A stretch of 64,000 bases of DNA from Candidatus Latescibacterota bacterium (GTDB lineage Bacteria > Latescibacterota > UBA2968 > UBA8231), in NCBI GenBank assembly GCA_965219385.1, contig CBDCNM010000002.1, forward strand, positions 3,358,305-3,422,304, in the 5' to 3' direction. The position numbers and the translations under genes are program-made. The first letter of the stretch is position 1. The number at the start of each line of letters is the position of its first letter. Positions 50,993 through 60,383 of the stretch are shown one piece after another. The notes below the pieces were generated by a model. It made no database searches. It was given only the letters and a program-made list of their open reading frames with translations, and was not told the DNA's origin.

Positions 50993-51724
50993 ATGCACAC
51001 CAGCAGCCGGCTTACCGCCCTGGACTTTCAGCACTGGAAATCCTCGGAACAAGGTCGCATCAAGGCGGACTTCAGCGCCTTCTGCCCGGATTACCACGAG
51101 TTGGACCGCCTGGCCGTGGTCTGTCCCCGGATCGAAGACGGCGTGCTGCACACGGGCTATGCTCTGCTTTCCACCACCACGGCGTTTTACGACGTGTTGC
51201 GTGGACGTGGTGGCGAATTTTTCAACTACCCCAGCCACTTTGCCTTCATCGCCGCAGGTGCGGAAGGGGTGTGCACCCGGGGCGGCCAACAGCCCATGGA
51301 GACGAACGCTATGGGGGCCCCGTGGAGCAACCTGGACGTGTGGCCCGATACCCAGTGGATCACCGTCCCTGGAACCGCAAGCGCAATGCTCGAAAAGGTA
51401 TTTTCCTTCCACATCAACCGGCTGTTCTGGCCCGAGGGATTCGGGCCGGAGGCGGGCGAGATCAAACTCTCAAAAAATGCGCGCCGGTTGCTCGAAGCCC
51501 GGCTCAAAACCGTGTATTACTACAGCCCGGCCAGCCCCAATGTGGAAATCCATGCCGCCCAGTGCGTGGAGGATCTCCTACTGGGCAGCATAAGCCAATT
51601 GCCCGCCCCGGCAAGACTGGAACGGGTCCCCCCCGCCGGAGACGAGTTGCCCTACGTCGAAAAACACCGTCGGGTGGAAGTCGACGAGTTTTTAGAATTC
51701 ATGGACAGCAGCTTCGATCAATAA
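50993..51724 (+). CDS. hypothetical protein
   Basis: 243-aa ORF with AAGGAG RBS and host-like codon bias. Confidence 0.6.
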   Translation: MHTSSRLTALDFQHWKSSEQGRIKADFSAFCPDYHELDRLAVVCPRIEDGVLHTGYALLSTTTAFYDVLRGRGGEFFNYPSHFAFIAAGAEGVCTRGGQQPMETNAMGAPWSNLDVWPDTQWITVPGTASAMLEKVFSFHINRLFWPEGFGPEAGEIKLSKNARRLLEARLKTVYYYSPASPNVEIHAAQCVEDLLLGSISQLPAPARLERVPPAGDELPYVEKHRRVEVDEFLEFMDSSFDQ

Positions 51725-51878
51725 AACACAAAACCCGGCGTGCCCCGGCTGGACCAGAAGCCTCGACCGCCCGAGCTGCCGGGGCCGGCGCAAGGAGCGG
51801 CAAATTTGGGCGCTTGCCGGCCGTCGAACCTTGTGCAGTCGATTATTTGCAAATAATGGCCTGAAAGGAGATTATTTT

Positions 51879-52592
51879 ATGCCAGTCAAGTCTGCGTGTG
51901 GAAAGTGTATCCCATTTTTCTGTGCACTAATTGCCACCGTATTCGCGGGCTCTAGCTATGGGGAGCCGATGGTCAAAGAGGCCGTCAGCTCGGGCTTCAG
52001 TAGATATTCCGGTGAGACAGTGGCCGATACACTGGTATTGGTAAGTGAGGGCACACCCGATACGCTGGCATTAGTGAGAAGAACCAATGGCGATGGGGCA
52101 GGAGACTTACTGGAGACATCCTTCGGGGATCTCCAGCGTATCGAGGTCTATCTGAGCGATAATTCTCCCGATGACATCGAGGGTGGCGGCGCGCTTTTCG
52201 CCTTTGAGCTCTTGATCTACGATCTTGAGGGGAATGAAACGAGAGCCACTGAGATCGGTTTTGAGCCCTTCATCCAAGGAGGGTTTAACAGAAGAAGGCA
52301 TCTGGCCGCCGATGGTTTTGAAGAAATCTACTTGCTCTTCGATTTGGGAGACGAGAGCTACATTGGACCAGAGCCCAGTGAAATGGAGCGGTTGGTTATC
52401 GAGTTGACGGTGGCCAACGATTACCATATCGAGGTTTTTTTAAAAGGGATTCTGGAAGGGAACGCCAGCGCTTTGGGAAACATCAAAGATCTCTCCAATA
52501 GAGCGGTCGTTCGTATCGAGATCGTCAAAAAGGCGCGGGGGCATGGCACCTTTATTGAAGCTACATCGTGGGCTCAGATAAAGAATGAGTAG
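51879..52592 (+). CDS. exported hypothetical protein with C-terminal ATSWAQIK motif
   Basis: AGGAG RBS; signal peptide ending SSYG; ends EATSWAQIKNE. Confidence 0.7.
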   Translation: MPVKSACGKCIPFFCALIATVFAGSSYGEPMVKEAVSSGFSRYSGETVADTLVLVSEGTPDTLALVRRTNGDGAGDLLETSFGDLQRIEVYLSDNSPDDIEGGGALFAFELLIYDLEGNETRATEIGFEPFIQGGFNRRRHLAADGFEEIYLLFDLGDESYIGPEPSEMERLVIELTVANDYHIEVFLKGILEGNASALGNIKDLSNRAVVRIEIVKKARGHGTFIEATSWAQIKNE

Positions 52593-52601
52593 GATGAAAC
52601 G

Positions 52602-53222
52602 ATGCGAAGCAGGCTTTGCGATCTGTGGATAGTGGTTTTTGTCTCTCTATGGGCAACGGCCAGCTATGGGGCCGACACGGTCGACAGTGCCGATACGGTC
52701 GACAGCGATGGCAATGGCATCCAGGACCGATACGAAGCGGGTCTTGCGGCAAAGTTCGTTCCTGCGATGGTGCTGGATTCCAGAGATAACGTGTCCCCTG
52801 AGCCGGTCAGTTTCAACACAATTGACGCCAAGAAAAAGCCAAGAAGTGATGCCAAGCAGCATTCAGAGCGCTTCTATGTCGGCCTGCAAACCGGCGTTCT
52901 ATTAGACCAAGGGCCGATTTACGGCTTTAGAGGAGGCTGGCACCCCCTTTCTGGGGCCCCCGGATTTGCACTAGAGGTTGGTTATGCGACGGGATGGCCC
53001 CGAGATCTTTCTGTGGGCAGCATCGGCCTCGTTTTGGGCAGCCGTGCACGTAGGCCCCGTGGCTACTATTTTCGGCTGGCTCTTGTTGATATTGCCTTAG
53101 GGATGCAAGTGCCCCTCTCTGATTCGGTGTTCTTACGTCCAGAGATAAGAACAGGTATTGGTGGAACGGGTTACGTACCTATATATATTGGCCTAATTCT
53201 TCGAGCGGATGTATATCTTTGA
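52602..53222 (+). CDS. tandem paralog 1: shared N-module plus small OM beta-barrel-like domain
   Basis: Signal peptide; DSDGNGIQD module; amphipathic strands; ends LRADVYL. Confidence 0.7.
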   Translation: MRSRLCDLWIVVFVSLWATASYGADTVDSADTVDSDGNGIQDRYEAGLAAKFVPAMVLDSRDNVSPEPVSFNTIDAKKKPRSDAKQHSERFYVGLQTGVLLDQGPIYGFRGGWHPLSGAPGFALEVGYATGWPRDLSVGSIGLVLGSRARRPRGYYFRLALVDIALGMQVPLSDSVFLRPEIRTGIGGTGYVPIYIGLILRADVYL

Positions 53223-53264
53223 AGGTAGGAACTCCGCCGCATAGACAACAGACAGGAGGATGCA

Positions 53265-53873
53265 ATGATGAGAATCAGGATTGGCAGTCTGTGGATAGTG
53301 GTTTTTGCTTCTATATGGGCAACGGCCAGCTATGGGGCCGACACGGTCGACAGCGATGGCAATGGCATCCAGGACCGATACGAAGCGGAGCTTGCGGCCA
53401 AGTTCGTTCCTGCGATGGTCCTGGATTCCAGAGATAACGTATCCCCTGAGCCGATCAGTTTCAACACAATTGACGCCAAGAAGAAGCCAAGAAGTGATGC
53501 CAAGCAGCATTCAGAGCGCTTCTATGTCGGCCTGCAAACCGGCGTTCTATTAGACCAAGGGCCGATTTACGGCTTTAGAGGAGGCTGGCACCCCCTTTCT
53601 GGGGCCCCCGGATTTGCCTTAGAGGTTGGTTATGCGACGGGATGGCCCCGAGAGATCGCTGTGGCCGACATCGGCCTCATTTTGGGCAGCCGTGCACGTA
53701 GGCCCCGTGGATACTATTTTCGGCTGGCTCTTGTTGATATTGCCTTAGGGATGCAAGTGCCCCTCTCTGATTCGGTGTTCTTACGTCCAGAGATAAGAAC
53801 AGGTATTGGTGGAACGGGTTACTACGTACCTATATATATTGGCCTAATTCTTCGAGCGGAAGTATATCTTTGA
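53265..53873 (+). CDS. tandem paralog 2
   Basis: Near-identical to paralog 1; AGGAGG RBS. Confidence 0.7.
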   Translation: MMRIRIGSLWIVVFASIWATASYGADTVDSDGNGIQDRYEAELAAKFVPAMVLDSRDNVSPEPISFNTIDAKKKPRSDAKQHSERFYVGLQTGVLLDQGPIYGFRGGWHPLSGAPGFALEVGYATGWPREIAVADIGLILGSRARRPRGYYFRLALVDIALGMQVPLSDSVFLRPEIRTGIGGTGYYVPIYIGLILRAEVYL

Positions 53874-53915
53874 AGGCGAGAATCCGCCGCATAGACTAAC
53901 AGACAGGAGGATGCA

Positions 53916-54566
53916 ATGATGAGAATCAGGATTGGCAGTCTGTGGATAGTGGTTTTTGCTTCTATATGGGCAACGGCCAGCTATGGGACCGATGTGGACA
54001 CCACTGCGGACACGGTCGACAGCGATGGCAATGGCATTCAGGACAGATATGAAGCGGGTCTTGCGGCCAAGTTCGTTCCTGCGATGGTGCTGGATTCCAG
54101 AGATAACGTATCCCCTGAGCCGGTCAGCTTCAATACAGGTAGCGCCGAGCAGAAGCCAAGCAGGGACGCCGAGCCGCATTCAGAGCGCTTCTATGTCGGC
54201 CTGCAAACCGGTGTCCTAGTATATGTACCGATTTTTGGCATTAGAGCCGGCTGGCACCCCCTTTCTGGGGCCCCCGGATTTGCACTAGAGGTTGGTTATG
54301 CACTTGGAGATGAGATTGTCAATGCAGCGGGCTGGCCCCCAGAGGTCGTTGTGCCCAGTATCGGGATTGTTTTGGGCAGCCGCTCGCGCAGGCCACGCGG
54401 ATACTATTTCCGGCTGGGGCTTGCTGATATTGCAATCGGGATGCAAAAGCCTCTCTCTGATTCGGTGTACTTACGTCCAGAGATAGGAGCGGGTTTTGCT
54501 GCAACGAGTTCCTACTATCCTGAACCATATGTTGGCATAATTCTTAGAGTAGATGCTTATATTTGA
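53916..54566 (+). CDS. tandem paralog 3 (more divergent)
   Basis: Same N-module; barrel domain carries an insertion (LGDEIVNAA). Confidence 0.7.
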   Translation: MMRIRIGSLWIVVFASIWATASYGTDVDTTADTVDSDGNGIQDRYEAGLAAKFVPAMVLDSRDNVSPEPVSFNTGSAEQKPSRDAEPHSERFYVGLQTGVLVYVPIFGIRAGWHPLSGAPGFALEVGYALGDEIVNAAGWPPEVVVPSIGIVLGSRSRRPRGYYFRLGLADIAIGMQKPLSDSVYLRPEIGAGFAATSSYYPEPYVGIILRVDAYI

Positions 54567-54606
54567 AAGCATGGATTGCACAGCATGGACAACAGATAGG
54601 AGAATA

Positions 54607-57441
54607 ATGATGCGGAGCATGATTAGTAGTTTGTGGATAATAGTTGTGGCTTTCCAATGGGCCACGCAAGCCAGGGGGGACACGGATGCTAGCGCGGATA
54701 CGGTCGACAGCGATGGCAATGGCATTCAGGACAGGTACGAAGCGGGTCTTGCAGCCAAATTCGTTCCTGCGATGGTCTTGGATTCCAGAGATAACGTATC
54801 CCCTGAGCCGGTCAGTTTCATTGGGGCTGACTCAACGGATGGCCTATGGGTTAGACTGTATAACTCGGCTGGACAACGGAAATTTGATAAACGTCTACTT
54901 GACGTTAATCCTCGTGGTTGGGATCCGCCACTAATTGACCAAGGGATTGATGGAGTAATCATTAAATCGAATGGCAATTTCTCAAGCTTGAAATCTTATG
55001 TGGCCTATAACGGGACTCCTGGTGAGTCAAGTGAAAGCTGGGCAAATGCCGCGTACCACTTGATTTTTCATTTTGAATATACCGGCGGCGATGGGGCCAC
55101 TTTCTGGCGCGACTCCTATCGGACGGAAGCGGAGAATAATTCGCATGCCGATCAGGTCTATGCGCACCTGTTCAAACGGTCGGGCACAGATGAGTACGTC
55201 ATTCAATACTGGTATTTCTACCCGTTCAACGACTGGGTCAATAACCATGAGGGTGATTGGGAACACATAAATGTCGTTGTGGATTCCCAAGATCCCGAGC
55301 TCGCTCAAATAGAGCGGGTGGAATTCTATTTCCATCATAGGGTTCTAAACCGGAGCAATCCAGGGACCGATTTCTATGTTTCCGATGAAACCCATCCCGT
55401 TATCTTTACCGGAGGATATGGCCGGGATTATAGATTTCTTGGGACTATCGGCGGCAAAGGTCCAGGAGGGCATGGGTCCTATTCCTCTCCCGGAACCTGG
55501 GAGTCCGTGGTTTTTGAGGACAACTTTCTTTTGTCCGATACCGATATTGATGATCAGCCCAATGGCCTTGGACGCTATATTCACTGGTCCGAGTTTCAAA
55601 TCGAGGTTATTAAAGATACTTCGGCCTATGATTTTGACGCGAATCCTGAGATGAGCTGGCTCAAGGCAAGAATTCGTTGGGGGCAACCGAATACGACTTC
55701 GCCGGGGACCTGGATTCCGCCTGTGCTCAGTTACATTCCTGGGCTTAGTAATATCCGTAAGGTGCCTAAATCTAACGATGCCCCCCCAGGACCCCGTTAT
55801 AATGCAGCGTGGGGCTTGGTAAGCGCCGAAGATGCTTATGAAGGTTGGACGGGGACACCACCTCCTGTAGCCGACTCTACCTGGAACATGATCCACGTCC
55901 CCGGCGATTACACCACCATCAGCGCCGCGATCACCGCCGCCGACAGTGGGACCACCATCAAGATCAATCCCGGCACTTACTATGAATCGCTCACTATGAA
56001 AAATGGGGTCAACCTGGCCAGTAATTACGGCATCGTCACCATCCGGGGATCGGGCCCGTTGTCGCCGGCCCTCTTTAATGGGGTCCGTGATATTAAACTG
56101 GAGGGCCTTACCTTCAAAGGGGACTATGGAGGAGCGGAAATCCTCAACAGCACCAATATAACGCTTACCCATTGCGATTTCAGGCTAACCACTCGAGCCG
56201 CGGGTGCTGCCGCCTTGTATGTGTCCGGCGCCTCATCCTCCGTTGACATTGATCAATGTTCCTTTCACAACGCCGGCTATGGCCTCAATGCCAACGGTGC
56301 CCTTTATGTAACCACCACTACAAATATTGGCAGAGTGCTCCCAGGTAAATCCCGGTTCTACAGCAATATATACGGCATTTATATCACCAATAATGGAAGC
56401 GCATATGTTCCCGAAAACAATTTTTCCTACCCGTCGCCTCACAACAGCACCTATGATATCTACGCTGATTCAAGCGTGAGCTTCAGCATAAACGCAAACA
56501 ACAGTTTCTGGGGTTATCACAACGAAAGTGACTCGACTAGAACGCCTGCTGTTTTTCATGGTAATGCCTGTTGTCGAATCGCCACAGGGAATCCGCGGTC
56601 AATACCCGCGGCCAAACCGGTTTCGGATTCGGTTTCGGATCGCAAGAGGGTAGCCTCCGACTTGGTGAAAGATGCAAAGGACTTGCTCTTCGCCGGCCAG
56701 GACGCGGAAGCCAAGGCGGGCTTCAGACAGGTCTTTGAAGCCTATGCCGACCAGAAAGAAGAGGCCATCGCCGCCCTCTATGGCCTGGTGACCGCGGCGA
56801 GTAAGTTGGAGGAAGGAAGTCAGCAGTATGCCAAGTTGGTGGAGTTTGCCCGGACGCACGCCACGCCCGAGATTCGAGCGGCGGCGGCCTATCTGGCCAT
56901 TGGCCTATTGCACCAGGAGGGCCATGTCGATACGGTGCTGGCCAAAATGGCCGCCTTTGAGCAGGCGCACAGCACCTCGACGCTGCGGCCCTATCTGCTG
57001 TTGGACAAGGCCCTGCTGCTGGAGCACAGCGGCGACGAAGAGGCGGCCGAGGATTTGTTCAAGCAGCTGGCCTTGACCTATCCGAGTTGGCCCCAAGCCC
57101 CGCTGGTGCGGGCTAAACTCCAGGCGCGGGGGATCACGCTTCCCTCGGCGAAGGCGGGTGGCGGGACGCTAACGGCCGGGGCGGGGCCCAACCCGTTTAA
57201 CCCGAGCACGACGATTCGTTTCCACGTGCCTTCCAGCGGGTACGTCTCTCTGGTCATATACAACGTGGCGGGCCAGGTAGTAAAAACGGTCTTGAGGAAT
57301 CGCTATCTCGCAGCAGGGCGTCACGCCATGATCTGGGAGGGCCAGGACGCGGAGGGGCGTTCTGTGGCCTCGGGGGTGTATCTGTATCGCCTGACCGCTG
57401 GAGACCGGGCCGTGGTGCGCAAAATAACCCTGATTCGATGA
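54607..57441 (+). CDS. large secreted multidomain protein (Vps62/NPP1-like, beta-helix, TPR, FlgD-Ig CTD)
   Basis: IQYWYFYPFN..HEGDWEHI; IHVPGDYTTISAAI..PGTYYE; TPR-like helices; PNPFNPSTTI...WEGQD..G.SVASGVYLY. Confidence 0.8.
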   Translation: MMRSMISSLWIIVVAFQWATQARGDTDASADTVDSDGNGIQDRYEAGLAAKFVPAMVLDSRDNVSPEPVSFIGADSTDGLWVRLYNSAGQRKFDKRLLDVNPRGWDPPLIDQGIDGVIIKSNGNFSSLKSYVAYNGTPGESSESWANAAYHLIFHFEYTGGDGATFWRDSYRTEAENNSHADQVYAHLFKRSGTDEYVIQYWYFYPFNDWVNNHEGDWEHINVVVDSQDPELAQIERVEFYFHHRVLNRSNPGTDFYVSDETHPVIFTGGYGRDYRFLGTIGGKGPGGHGSYSSPGTWESVVFEDNFLLSDTDIDDQPNGLGRYIHWSEFQIEVIKDTSAYDFDANPEMSWLKARIRWGQPNTTSPGTWIPPVLSYIPGLSNIRKVPKSNDAPPGPRYNAAWGLVSAEDAYEGWTGTPPPVADSTWNMIHVPGDYTTISAAITAADSGTTIKINPGTYYESLTMKNGVNLASNYGIVTIRGSGPLSPALFNGVRDIKLEGLTFKGDYGGAEILNSTNITLTHCDFRLTTRAAGAAALYVSGASSSVDIDQCSFHNAGYGLNANGALYVTTTTNIGRVLPGKSRFYSNIYGIYITNNGSAYVPENNFSYPSPHNSTYDIYADSSVSFSINANNSFWGYHNESDSTRTPAVFHGNACCRIATGNPRSIPAAKPVSDSVSDRKRVASDLVKDAKDLLFAGQDAEAKAGFRQVFEAYADQKEEAIAALYGLVTAASKLEEGSQQYAKLVEFARTHATPEIRAAAAYLAIGLLHQEGHVDTVLAKMAAFEQAHSTSTLRPYLLLDKALLLEHSGDEEAAEDLFKQLALTYPSWPQAPLVRAKLQARGITLPSAKAGGGTLTAGAGPNPFNPSTTIRFHVPSSGYVSLVIYNVAGQVVKTVLRNRYLAAGRHAMIWEGQDAEGRSVASGVYLYRLTAGDRAVVRKITLIR

Positions 57442-57499
57442 TGAAAATAACCGACATCAAAACCGCTGAAGTACGGGTCGCGAACCACTACCTCTACCA

Positions 57500-57684
57500 C
57501 CTCGGCCTCCTAGAGAGGGGTTCATGTCTTTCGCGGCTCAATACCGGACCTACACCTCCCCCCTGCCAACGCTTCGCCGCTACGGTTACCCGCACCAACG
57601 CATGGCTCGGGGATGTCGTGGTTCGCTACACCTTCGACACGGATGACTTTCACATCTTACACCTCGCCGGTTTAACCGGCACAC
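57500..57684 (-). mobile_element. group II intron 5' fragment (domain I only)
   Basis: Minus strand begins GTGTG CCGGTTAAACCGG...GAAGGTGTAGCGAACCAC..CCCCGAGCCATGCG...CGAAGCGTTGGCAGGGG...TATTGAGCCGCGAAA; no RT ORF or domain V. Confidence 0.65.
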
Positions 57685-57693
57685 GGAGATACC

Positions 57694-58482
57694 ATGAGAC
57701 CGAACAAGCTGCGCAAGCTGCTCAATGAAGGCAAACCCTCTATCGCCACTCACGTCCACACCACCTGGCCCTCCATCGCCGAGGTCCTCGGGCACACCGG
57801 AATCTACGACTACGTCGAGTTCGTCGCCGAGTACGGCCCCTTTGATCTGTACGCTCTCGACGATTTTTGTCGGGCCGTCGAACTCCACGACATGGGCGCC
57901 ATGATCAAAGTGGATCAGGAGCCCCGCGGCTTCATCGCCCAGCGCGCCATCGGTTCGGGGTTTCAGAGCGTCCTGTTCGCCGACTGCCGCTCGGCCGAGG
58001 ATGTGCGCGAGTGCGTGCGCATCGTGCGCGCCGAGACCCCGGAGGACGGTGGCACCCACGGGGTCGCCACCCGCCGCTTCACCTACATGGGCTACGGCGG
58101 CGGCACCGAGTACGTCCAGGCCCTCAGAGAGGTGGTGGTGATGGTCATGATCGAAAAGGGCTCGACCGTGGAACAGCTGGAGGAAGTTCTGTCGGTGGAG
58201 GGCCTCGACATGATTCAGTGGGGCCCGTCCGATTATTCCATGAGTGTGGGCAAGGCCGGCCAGGGAGGCTCCCCGGAAATCAAAGCGGTCGAACGCCGGG
58301 TCAATGAAACCGCTCTCGAGATGGGGGTGCAACCGCGCGCCGAGATCACTACTCCGGATCAGGCCAAGTACTACCTGGACATGGGGGTGCGCCACTTCTG
58401 CATCGGCACGGATGTCACCATCCTTTTTCAATGGTGGAAGGACAACGGCGACGAACTGCGCAAAGCGGTCGAAGGCGCCTAA
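57694..58482 (+). CDS. HpcH/HpaI aldolase family protein
   Basis: DYVEFVAEYGP, MVMIEK, QWGPSDYSMS, IGTD. Confidence 0.85.
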   Translation: MRPNKLRKLLNEGKPSIATHVHTTWPSIAEVLGHTGIYDYVEFVAEYGPFDLYALDDFCRAVELHDMGAMIKVDQEPRGFIAQRAIGSGFQSVLFADCRSAEDVRECVRIVRAETPEDGGTHGVATRRFTYMGYGGGTEYVQALREVVVMVMIEKGSTVEQLEEVLSVEGLDMIQWGPSDYSMSVGKAGQGGSPEIKAVERRVNETALEMGVQPRAEITTPDQAKYYLDMGVRHFCIGTDVTILFQWWKDNGDELRKAVEGA

Positions 58483-58496
58483 GGAGGCTTCTAAGA

Positions 58497-60383
58497 TCAG
58501 ACGATCTTAAAGGCTTTCAGCTCCCTGCTGGACAGCCGTATGCCGCCGGCGCGCAAACCTCGCACCGGATAGTCCGCAATGGCGAACTCCTCCCGCAGGA
58601 TCCGCAGCCGCGGCTTGGGTTTGTAATCCAGGGATACCTTGCGATCCGAATGCGTCGTCAACTTCAGAAACTGGCCGCCTTCGGGCACGAGCGCATAGGT
58701 CCGGTTCAAAATGAATTTGTCGATGCGGCTGCGCTTGATAAAGCCACAGCCATTTTTATCCTTGTAGAACGCGTTGAAGACCAGATCCTTGTCCACGAAC
58801 CCACAGTGTAGCATGCCCTTGCCCACGAAGAGCTTCTCGGGGACGTCGACCACCGAGTAGGTGCCGTCCTTGCGGATGACCAGGATCCGGTCGTAGGGCG
58901 ATACCTCGAACTGCACCTGGCCGTTTATCCCGTAGCCCAGATATCCTGTGCTTTTGTCGTAGCACAGCTTGAGATCCCGCTTGGCCGCGTCGCGCACATC
59001 CACCTTTTCGAAGGAGACGATCTCGGTCCGGCGGGGGAAATCATCCCGGTATTTTTCGGTGAGGCCCTCCAGGAATTCAATGGCGTAGGGGATGATGGCG
59101 GACAGATTTTTGTCGATCTCCCCGAGCCGCTGGCGGATCTCGCGCATCTCCTTTTTGGCCTTGTTGATGTCGTAGAGGGAAATCCGGCGAATGGGAATCT
59201 TGAGCAGGGTATCCACCTCTTCCTTGGTCACTTCTCTTTTGATCCGGTGGCGATGGGGTTCGAGGCCGTCCAGCACCGCCTTGACGACCTTTTCGGAGGT
59301 GGTCATCTCCTCGATGGTCTCGTAGAGTCGGTTTTCGATAAAGATCTGTTCCAGGGTCATGGCGTGGAGGCGGTCCCGCAGATGGCCCTCCTCGATTCTC
59401 AGCTCGGCTATGAGGATGTCCACCAGCCGATCGACGTTGTGTTGCAGCACCTCATTAACACTTTTGACCTGAGGCTTGCCGTCCTGGATGACCATCAGGT
59501 TGGTCGAGAGGGCTACCTCGCAATCCGTAAAGGCGTAGAGCGCATCCACCGCCTCCCGGGCGTACACCCCCCGGGGCAGTCTGATTTCGATCTCCACCTT
59601 TTCGGCGGTGTAGTCGCTGATGCCGGCGATCTTGACCTTGTTCTTGCGGGCTGCGTCCTCGATCGAAGCGATCAGGCTTTCGGTGGTGGTGCCGAAGGGG
59701 ATTTCGCGCACGAGGATGCGCTTAGGGTCGCTGGTGTCGAAAAGCGCCCGCACCAGCACCTTGCCGTTGCCGTTGCCGTATTCCGACACGTCCGCCTGCC
59801 CGCCGGTGGGAAAGTCCGGCAGGATGCCAAAGGCCCGGTCCTGCATGTAGGCCACCTGAGCTTCGAGGAGTTCGACGAGGTTGTGCGGCAGGATCCGGGT
59901 GGACATGCCCACGGCAATGCCCTCGGCCCCCTGGGCCAGCAACACCGGGAGCTTGGCCGGAAAGACCACCGGCTCCTTGTTGCGGCCGTCGTAGGAGTCG
60001 GCGTACTCGGTGATCTCGGGATTGTAGAGCACCTCCCGGGCCAGTCCGGTGAGCCGGCACTCGATGTAGCGCGCTGCCGAGGCCATGTCCCCGGTGTGGA
60101 TATTGCCGAAGTTGCCCTGTTTGTCGACGAATAAATCCTTGTTGGCCAGGACCACCAGGGCCGCGTAGATCGACGCGTCCCCGTGCGGGTGGTATTTCAT
60201 GGTATGGCCGACCACGTTGGCCACCTTGTGGAACTTGCCGTCGTCCAGCTCGAAAAGGGCGTGCAGAATGCGACGCTGCACCGGTTTGAGGCCATCGTCG
60301 ATGTGGGGGATGGCCCGGTCCTTGATCACGTAGGAAGCGTATTCGATGAAGTTGTTGTCGTAGAGGTTGTCGATATAAGCCAT
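58497..60383 (-). CDS. parC: DNA topoisomerase IV subunit A (short type)
   Basis: RAIP...[22 protein letters not shown] (catalytic Tyr), GIAVGM; no GyrA box; 628 aa. Confidence 0.88.
   Translation of the reverse strand: MAYIDNLYDNNFIEYASYVIKDRAIPHIDDGLKPVQRRILHALFELDDGKFHKVANVVGHTMKYHPHGDASIYAALVVLANKDLFVDKQGNFGNIHTGDMASAARYIECRLTGLAREVLYNPEITEYADSYDGRNKEPVVFPAKLPVLLAQGAEGIAVGMSTRILPHNLVELLEAQVAYMQDRAFGILPDFPTGGQADVSEYGNGNGKVLVRALFDTSDPKRILVREIPFGTTTESLIASIEDAARKNKVKIAGISDYTAEKVEIEIRLPRGVYAREAVDALYAFTDCEVALSTNLMVIQDGKPQVKSVNEVLQHNVDRLVDILIAELRIEEGHLRDRLHAMTLEQIFIENRLYETIEEMTTSEKVVKAVLDGLEPHRHRIKREVTKEEVDTLLKIPIRRISLYDINKAKKEMREIRQRLGEIDKNLSAIIPYAIEFLEGLTEKYRDDFPRRTEIVSFEKVDVRDAAKRDLKLCYDKSTGYLGYGINGQVQFEVSPYDRILVIRKDGTYSVVDVPEKLFVGKGMLHCGFVDKDLVFNAFYKDKNGCGFIKRSRIDKFILNRTYALVPEGGQFLKLTTHSDRKVSLDYKPKPRLRILREEFAIADYPVRGLRAGGIRLSSRELKAFKIV

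Noticed and set aside
52602..57684. Diversity-generating retroelement behind the paralog variation
   Set aside because: No RT gene; differences are not adenine-specific; the intron stub has no ORF
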